In this document: piece by piece, positions 48,513-55,898 of the stretch
Numbering within the stretch: the first letter of the stretch is position 1
How the letters are laid out: each line of letters opens with the position of its first letter
Assembly (NCBI GenBank): GCA_023645945.1
Contig: JALAIB010000006.1
Coordinates: forward strand, 1-55,898
Source of the DNA: Diploschistes diacapsis
Taxonomy: Eukaryota
Reading direction: 5' to 3'
Length of the DNA stretch: 55,898 nucleotides
Notes under the pieces: generated by a model
What the model saw: only the letters and a program-made list of their open reading frames with translations
Database searches by the model: none
What the model was told of the DNA's origin: nothing
Program-made: the position numbers and the translations under genes

Positions 48513-49530
48513 TTGGTCCACTTGGTGCATTTCCAGGCGCTACAACTTTGTAGTCACTGTGCTGTTCGTCGGCGGCGTTCGGACATGGTGTTGGAGGAAA
48601 TTACATTGAACTCCCGCGAGGCATTCTGGGGGTGCAACAAATCTTATGACGCCCTCGCGGGGCCTCTTTCCTATCTGCATGAATTCTGATCGATCAATAC
48701 GGCCAGGTACAGACCAGTTATTTACACGACTCTGCCAGCCTCTGCCCAACATGGAGCAGAAAATACGAGGATAGTCGGATGTTTTTCTCCGTTCAACCGG
48801 TCCGAGAAGCACTAGCTTGTGCACAAGAATCGATCAAGATACCAGAAATGCATTATTTTATTTTTTCGGTTTTTTTTTTTTACCATCGTTGAGCTAGCAC
48901 TGTCTGTGCATGGCCTGGGCAGCCCCTGATGCAGATCTTGATGAGTTTGGCCAGAGGTTTGAGTTAGCACCGGTTGTGTTAAGCTCTGTTGGAAGTGGCA
49001 GATTCTTTTTCAAGTTTTCCTTGACGAGAAGACCCGTTGGTTGGGTCCTCCAGTAAAATTGGGTTGTGGAGCCTACCTATATATAGCAAGACCGCGATGA
49101 CGTATCTCCTCCCATCTACTACTATCTACTCTTGAAAGATCGAGTGAGAATGTCATACCCTTTTGGAAATGCAAGTTCGCTTTATCTATTACGAGTATGC
49201 TGTTCCTTCCAAAGTCAATCGTCAAGCTACTGGTACACTACTTGCTGCTGCGCTTCAACCTGAACCCGGGGTGTCGAAGCAGCAGTTGGCATGTCTCTTT
49301 TCCCGTCACATCAGCTGCGCCCAGTGTGAAAATGGCTGCTTGTATACCATACATACCCCAGTGATACCCAAGCTCTCCCCAGCGCTCAGGCTTCTCAGAA
49401 GCCCCCCTCCCTTCTCGAACTGGCGCCCGAGAACGACCGATTCCGTTCCATTTCTTTTCCTCTTGCACACCCCCCCAACCCCTCTGGTCCTTCTCCTCAC
49501 CTGCCTCTCCTCGCCAGCATCTGTCTTCCT

Positions 49531-51309
49531 CTACCCGCCCGCCTGACAACTAAACGGCGCCCCGATCGCGCCCTGCGCATACGCCCCGATGATGCCCTGA
49601 ATGATCGCATACAGGCCCGCCACGCAGATGAAAGCGCCCGCGAAGATGGTCAGTGCGCACAGCGCAAACATGGCCGGTCTGCGCCCCAGCGCGTCCCACC
49701 CGCGTCTGTGGCCGCGGAACCCGTCCCGCACCTTCAGCCAACTCCGCTCCTCTACCCCCCGCAGGTCCCCCGTCGAGGTGTTCTTGCGATCCGAGTCCCA
49801 GCCGTGCCAGGTATCGAAGATCCAGAACGCGCCGGCCAAGCCGTACGTGTACCAGGCCGCGAACAGCGAGGCAGCGAGGCCGACGAGGTAATTGAAGATG
49901 GGCACCCCGACGGCGAGAACGAAGGCGACGGCGACCATGGCGAAGACGAGCGCCGACCAGACGGCCCAGCCGAGCGGGGTGTGGGAGTGGATGTGGCGCG
50001 TGTGCCGGAACAGGCGCACAAAGAGCAGCTTGGCCGCCGTGTGCGAGTACAGGCAGGCCGCGATCAGGAAGTTGGGCAGCGCGAGGCCGTACGTGGCCTT
50101 CTGCCAGACGGGCGGCAGGGACGAGAGGGAGGGCGAGGCGACGGCGGGGCCGAGGTAGTAGTACGTCACGATGGCGAAGACGGTGTAGAAGGTGGTGGCG
50201 AAGGCCTGCAGCGCGTAGGCGGACTTCATCGCGTCCTCGGGGTGCCGCATCTCGGAGATGAGGATGAAGAACATGAAGTGGCCCGCGTACGCGAAGACGG
50301 GGTTCGTGATGCTGATGAAGGCGGTGACGAAGTCGCTGGGCAGGGCGACGGCGATGACTCGGCCGGGTGTTGGGTATGCGCCTGCCGCGCCCATGGCGAC
50401 GATCCCGGCCACTAGGATGCTGAAGGCGGCTAGGGCGGAGAGCCAGTTGAGCCGGTCGAGCGTGCGGGGAAGCGAGACGAGGAAGGTGGGGATGGCGAAG
50501 ATGCCGGTGAAGAGGAGGGCGCAGAGCGAGCGCGGCTGGGAGAGGGCGCTGAGGGCGATCTGCCCGGCCAGCAGTTGCGAGCCCGTGCCGCAGATGGCGA
50601 AGATGACGGTGCCCCAGGAGAGGATTTCGCGGCCCACGCGGCCGAAGAGGATGAAGCCCGCGTCGCCCATTGAGTGGACTGGGATTTGTACATTAGAGAA
50701 TAATGGGGGTTAGAGGAGAGGGGTTTGGCGTGGTGGGAAGTTGGGAGCGGAGAAATGCAGAAGTAGGAGAGAGAGGCGCAGACGCAGTACCTTCGGGATG
50801 GCGGACTTTGAACTGGATGAGCAGGTAGCTGGTGAAGGTCGCAAAGGCGCCAACTTGGATGGTCAGAGCACCCACGATCTGACGGGTAAGTCCAACATAC
50901 GAAACACGACAATGACCACTCCCGGCACCATGCCCACGACTGCCAAGCTCGAGGGCAGTGTCAACATGCCATTGCTTACGATCTCGGCAATCATCTAGGT
51001 ACTGAATCAACCACGGCTCCCGACTGAAGCAAAGAGACAAAGTATCAGAGGCGTAGATCTGCGCAGGGCTAGACCAACCATCAGGGCAACGAATTGCCAA
51101 GAAAGCGTTCTGTATTGGATCTCGAGTTCCTGTCAGCCTTTGCTCTCCATTGGCTCACGATGAATGCATACAGCGTGGTTTGCATCGTCCCCGAAGACGC
51201 CTCCGCCAGCGACGTCGGCCTCGTGGTAGTCGGCAGGGTAGATTCCATCGCTTCCTGCCCTATCATCGGGCATCCTATAGGCGCCATCTTTCTCGTTTTC
51301 ATACTCCAT
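49531..51309 (-). CDS. Neutral amino acid permease, Mtr/AAAP (Aa_trans) family, 5 exons
   Basis: Spliced IQYRTLSWQFVALM|MIAEIVSNGMLTLPSSLAVVGMVPG...KVRHPE|VHSMGDAGFILFG, NPVFAYAGHFMFFILISEMRHPEDA and PIFNYLVGLAASLF. Confidence 0.9.
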
Positions 51310-51749
51310 CACGAGTTTGCAGTTGCTACCAAAGCGGGGGGGTGGGGGTAAAGGATATTTATTGCAAAGACTCGATATTTTCAAGAGAAAGAATGGACAA
51401 CGAAAGGCGTCAGTTAGTGGGCCACAAAACATGCCCATCAACAGCCGCTCGGCCTGTGTTGCTGACATGCTGTCGCGCGGGACTACTTTGTATGCAAGGC
51501 AATGACCCCTTCCTTACAGCACAGCCTTTAGCCGGTGCCAGCGATACCCTGCCGTTGCAGCTCTGTATCCCCCGCGAACGTCATTTCGATCGAGCAATCG
51601 GGTATTCTCGCTCTACTTAGCTTTACATACATACTCCTTGCAGTCTTTTAATTAAACCAAGCAGATTCAGACCAAAAAATTCAACCCTTGTGGTGGGGGG
51701 GGAGGGGGGGCCTAAGAGTGAGTGGCCTTAATTAATTATCTATCAAACC

Positions 51750-51757
51750 AAAAAAAA
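51750..51757 (-). terminator. RNA polymerase III oligo(T) terminator of tRNA-Lys
   Basis: A8 run on the plus strand (T8 on minus), 5 nt downstream of the tRNA 3' end. Confidence 0.8.
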
Positions 51758-51762
51758 GTTGA

Positions 51763-51842
51763 AGCCGAACGCGGGGGTCGAACCCGCAACCTTGAGATTG
51801 TGGACTAAGAGTCTCACGCTCTACCGATTGAGCTAGCCCGGC
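51763..51842 (-). tRNA. tRNA-Lys(CUU) with a 7-nt intron
   Basis: Minus strand GCCGGGCTAGCTCAATCGGTAGAGCGTGAGACT-CTT-A[GTCCACA]ATCTCAAGGTTGCGGGTTCGACCCCCGCGTTCGGCT. Acceptor, D, anticodon (TGAGA/TCTCA) and T arms all pair. Confidence 0.97.
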
Positions 51843-52405
51843 TTGAATGGAAAACAGAAAATCAAATATCATATATAAAGTATTGTTTATAACCGTCTGA
51901 CTCTTAGCAGCATCAAGTATCTAAAGCTTCAGTGTACTACTACTCGCTAAGGAATGCGCAGGTGGAGGGAGTTCCAAGACTGACTTCTCGCTGCAAAAGA
52001 CCGAGCAAAGAATCCCATCTTTGCGTCTGACTGGCATTGGCGAGCTGGACCTACTTTTGGCGAGCAGGATGGTGTGACTTCCGAGACAAGCATAATGAAT
52101 CTGTATCTACCCTTCTTGAAATTGTCCAAGCCTTGGGCTTGTTCTTATCTATTTAAAATGGCTGCATATCGAGTTGTACAGAACTCTACCTTCGCGTCGT
52201 TAACATCTGTAAAATGATATATATGGCTGTGAATAACAAATCACTACCAAGTATTACAGCCGCTATGACAATTTCTATTTCTCCATGTCTAATAATGGTG
52301 GGGTAGCACTCGTACGGGTCTGCTGTGCGACGAGTGACAGAGGAGATGGGACCCCTCTAGGTTAGTACAGTATGTGCAGTTTGCTGATGAGGGGTTTCAG
52401 CTTGC

Positions 52406-52446
52406 GGATACGGATACGGATGTGGATGTGGATGTGGATGTGGATG
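52406..52446. repeat. Compound hexanucleotide microsatellite (CGGATA)n-(TGGATG)n
   Basis: cggatacggatacggatgtggatgtggatgtggatgtggatg. Confidence 0.85.
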
Positions 52447-52517
52447 AATAAAGGGAGCAGGCCCTGTTCGAGAAAATAAAAATAATAGCAAGTTGTTATG
52501 AAGGGAAGGGTGAAGGG

Positions 52518-52530
52518 TGATGACTCATCA
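52518..52530. promoter_or_regulatory. Gcn4/CpcA (AP-1 type) element
   Basis: TGATGACTCATCA, an extended pseudo-palindrome containing the optimal ATGACTCAT core. Confidence 0.4.
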
Positions 52531-53048
52531 CTGTCATATTGCTGTCATATTGGGCTCCAGCTCGGTGCCCACGTGATCGTTTGCAACACGATAACTAGCG
52601 ACATTAGGCGTTTCCGACTGTCCGACTAATCGGACTTCAAGCTTATCTAACACCAATAATCCCACTTCATCTCTCTCTCACTTGCCAACATATGAAACCA
52701 TCGGGAAAAACAAGTAAAGTGTCACTGGTCTTGGCCTTTTAATGGCCTCCCCTCTCTCTCTTGTTACTTCTTTCTTTTTCTCTGATATTTGATACCAACT
52801 TCCATCATGGAAAAAAGACTGTGTCCTTCGTTTCTTGTCCCTCCCAGGTCTTCCCTTCCTCTTCTTTAGCTGGCCATTCATGTTGCCACGCATTAACCGT
52901 TAAACTTTCTTATCGGAACCCATTCGGGTCTTCTGCTTTTACTTCATTCCGAGCAGAGCTTCGGCAACGTCCTTGACTCAACTCTGAGAGCCTTTCAATC
53001 CACGCCCTTACTTTCTCCGCCATCTTCGTTTCTTATCCTCATTTCAAA

Positions 53049-53723
53049 ATGCGTTGCACGCTTACCCTTCCTCTTCTGGCCATTCTCTCGGCCACTCTAG
53101 TCTCCTCCTTGCCCACCTCGCTCACCGTTCGTGAGCTGACGCCGGACGAGGCAAGTCTCGAGGTGTCAGCCGCCGCATCGCCCTCACCCTCGATCGTCAA
53201 GATAGCCGAGCCTACGATGCCAGCAGATGCACAGTTCATCGAGCCACCGCCCCTGTTTGATCCGCTAGAGCCTAGACCAAACCCTCTATTCGAAAACCCG
53301 GGCGAGCAGCCTTTCACGGAGAATATTTCTCACGAACCACCCATGCCGACCGACCGCAAAGAGGTTTTGCTCCCCTTTGACGGCGCTCATGTTCATCCAG
53401 AGAATACGCCCTACCCTCCCGAAGAAGGCATGCCCGGTACTTGCTCCCACAGCTGGCACTGTTCGTGGCTACGGACCTGCGTCGAGATGGCGGCTACACT
53501 TGTTGGGATATTGATGATCGCTTGGGCTTGCATCTGGACCATCCAAAGGGTGGTTCGCGGCATCGTCAGGACGGCAAGGTCGAGGACGAGAAGCCCGAGC
53601 GGAAGTCTGCGCATAGAGCCGGAAGTTAAGAGAAAGGATGAGACGACAGGCCCGCTGCTTCAGGCTTGGGCCTTGGCAGAAAAAGAGACACCAAACGAGA
53701 AGAAGGTTTCGTTTGCGGTATGA
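53049..53723 (+). CDS. Hypothetical single-pass membrane protein with signal peptide and Pro-rich ectodomain
   Basis: Signal-like MRCTLTLPLLAILSATLVSS and a hydrophobic segment MAATLVGILMIAWACIWTI followed by basic residues. Pyrimidine-rich 5' leader. Confidence 0.7.
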   Translation: MRCTLTLPLLAILSATLVSSLPTSLTVRELTPDEASLEVSAAASPSPSIVKIAEPTMPADAQFIEPPPLFDPLEPRPNPLFENPGEQPFTENISHEPPMPTDRKEVLLPFDGAHVHPENTPYPPEEGMPGTCSHSWHCSWLRTCVEMAATLVGILMIAWACIWTIQRVVRGIVRTARSRTRSPSGSLRIEPEVKRKDETTGPLLQAWALAEKETPNEKKVSFAV

Positions 53724-54769
53724 GGTCGAAAAAGGTATGACCGGAGCTTAGGCTACCGATGACATGCATCCGACACGGGTCATTTGGGGACCATGTCGCT
53801 GGCACATGGGAATAGACAACTCGGATCGAAATTGGCATAGCGTTGGTGTTTCTACCTGGGGACCATTATTCACAAGTCTATCTGCTGCATTGTATGGGCT
53901 TCAGCTATCCGAAGGCGACATTGCTTTTAGACATCCAAGAACATTGCATAACTCATCTCCTGACTTGACACTTCTCTCGCGCTGCCTTGCCTTTTCTTCG
54001 CTTAGCCACCAAGCTTTATTCCCATGTACTGTGCCATCTATACGCTGGCCATCGGTACGCCCTACGCTGTTCGACGGTCTTGTAACCGCTCCATGTGGTA
54101 GAAAAGAAAACAGCTCAGGTGCTCCCTATGGGCCTTGATCAAGGTCGGGCCCGTTTCATGGTCATTGACTTCATCGTTTCCAGATAAAGTTCATGCGGGT
54201 ACTGAATTCTAATCCCTACTTTTTCTCTCCTCAACCTTGATCATCATTAACTCGAGTACTAGATTATCGATTGCGAATCTTCTCTTGAGGACATTATTGT
54301 ATATAGTTTCCTCAAAACCTCCGTTGACTGCTGAAGGGAAGATAATCAGCCCTTAGGAAGCCCGCACTGTCGGGGCTTACTGCTTTACAACCATGGCTCC
54401 CACGTTGCGAAGCAAACAAGGGACTATCATTGCAGCCACAAACTCTTCTTTATCCGGGCAGTTTGTAGTGGGAGGGCACTGTCCCCGAACTGTAAAGGTA
54501 TACAAAAGAAACACAGGGGCTTCTTTTGGAGCCACTCCAACCTGTTGCGTATCTTGTAGGTAGGCTTCACATTATGCTACCCGTTGATAGCGAATTATCA
54601 CTGTCTCGTGGATACACTTGATTGCCCTAACTGATCAGCGCATGCCCGTACCGATTGTGCATGCTTTTTTCCCATCCATCCTCAGCCTCTGATAGCCGCA
54701 AACTAGCGCTTCGCTTAATTGTCTTCGTTACTCGGTACTATTTCTATATGGCTTCCTGACATACAGTAC

Positions 54770-54799
54770 CTCTCTCTCTCTATCTCTCTCTCTCTCTAT
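54770..54799. repeat. (CT)n microsatellite
   Basis: ctctctctctctatctctctctctctctat. Confidence 0.8.
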
Positions 54800-55388
54800 A
54801 CTTTTTGGCGAGTTTCTGTGTGTTCTATTCGTCCACGCTGTGTCCCTATAAGGTTGGGTTGCCACATCTACGGAGTACACAGGCAAGCGCATTGGATAAA
54901 TAGAGAACTCCCGTTCGACATGGATAGTAAAACTTTCCGTATAGAAAGGGTTCAGGATCTAGCAGTCTTCTATTAGGACGATGTTTAAAAGTTGGGCAAT
55001 ATAATGTAATGCCCGCAGCCCAAAAGAAGCTCCGATTCTGCGTTCCGAACCCCCTTTAAAGCATATTCCACGCTTCTTGGAAAGAGAGCAAAGGCTCTGC
55101 TTTTTGCCACCTACTGTTATGCGGCGATTGAAATCCTCAGATGAAGTCTCTACCGCTCATCCTCCACTAAGCCAGGTACAAAAAACTAGGCTGCGACAAG
55201 GCTGCGCCACACCCGCCACTTCTCCTCCTTCCCTCCTTAAGGTATCTACTTCCTTCACTTCTTCAATTCACCCACAACTTTCTTTTCGACCCTTCGCTTC
55301 GAAACCTTTTATTCAATCAACATCAATAGCTCTCCTCACAGAATTGAAATTTTGAACAATCTGTCAAGAAAGAAAGCAGAAGCTCGCA

Positions 55389-55537
55389 ATGCCCCGCCTT
55401 GACGACTCCAACAGCCCCTTCCTCCGCAGCGCGGGTGAGATGGGCGAGGACGTCAGGGAGCGCGTGTCCGGCTTCTGGGACGGATTCGCGGACTTTGCGC
55501 TCAGAGATAATGTGCTGGAGGTGGCCGTTGGGTTGAT
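55389..55537 (+). CDS. mscL: First exon of fungal MscL-family (large-conductance mechanosensitive channel-like) gene; continues beyond window; missed by the ORF track
   Basis: MPRLDDSNSPFLRSAGEMGEDVRERVSGFWDGFADFALRDNVLEVAVGLI, then donor GTATGT at 55538. Matches the MscL N-terminal motif F..F...GNV.D.AVG.I. Confidence 0.8.
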
Positions 55538-55898
55538 GTATGTTTGATCTTCTTTTTCTTTTTGGGTGGGTTTTGGCTTGGTGTCGGGGGCTTTGATGTT
55601 GTCTTGAGAGAAGCAATGGTGATGGGAGAATGTCTGGGGCTCAATGCTATTCATGGGATAATGTACGGGGAGGGTATGAGTCGAGGTAGGGAAAGTGAAG
55701 GGAAGGATTCTCGAGCGCTTCGAGATGTTGAGACTCCGTGGCCGACGACAAGGGCCAAAGGAACAGCGGACAGCAGCGGGAGAGCGCAGAAAGGTGTTCT
55801 TGTGTCGCTATAGAATACAAGACCCGAGAGCATAGCTGCTGCTGCTATCATTCCTTCACGTCCAGACTGCAGCGATGGCCCCACCCATTCCTGGAAGC

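Noticed and set aside
49601..50713. Plus-strand ORFs up to 235 aa opposite the permease
   Set aside because: Antisense shadows caused by high GC3.
55828..55898. IAAAAII segment as MscL exon 2
   Set aside because: Sequence after the Ala run does not resemble MscL TM1 and there is no good branch site; probably a (GCT)n coincidence.

Overview
Gene-dense nuclear DNA from a filamentous ascomycete (Pezizomycotina), judged from short GT-AG introns with CTRAC-type branch sites; the class cannot be fixed from sequence alone. The window opens with about 600 bp of an AT-rich, heavily mutated repeat relic. A backbone of conserved genes follows: a WDR23/DCAF11-like WD40 gene, RIM2, RPS4, DLD1, a SAD-1/Rdp1-clade RNA-dependent RNA polymerase, ELP6, RPL37, pantothenate kinase, an RS-rich hypothetical, Sos7, a telobox-Myb protein, GDT1, a HOL1-like MFS, an Mtr-type amino acid permease, tRNA-Lys(CUU), and the first exon of a fungal MscL-like channel. 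Accessory patches interrupt this backbone. They include a decayed 7.4-12.7 kb island (PD-(D/E)XK nuclease pseudogene, coiled-coil ORF, kinase relic), an orphan AT-hook/H1-like gene, an apparently intact DUF7924-type PD-(D/E)XK gene, and a degraded 41.5-44.3 kb tract. The best unannotated signal is a structured 205-nt RPS4 intron with an H/ACA-like guide pocket complementary to a conserved 18S rRNA pseudouridine site. Other observations are two contrasting C-to-T mutation signatures and several non-canonical splice sites. I found no convincing multi-gene novel system. Family assignments come from recognised motifs, not database searches.
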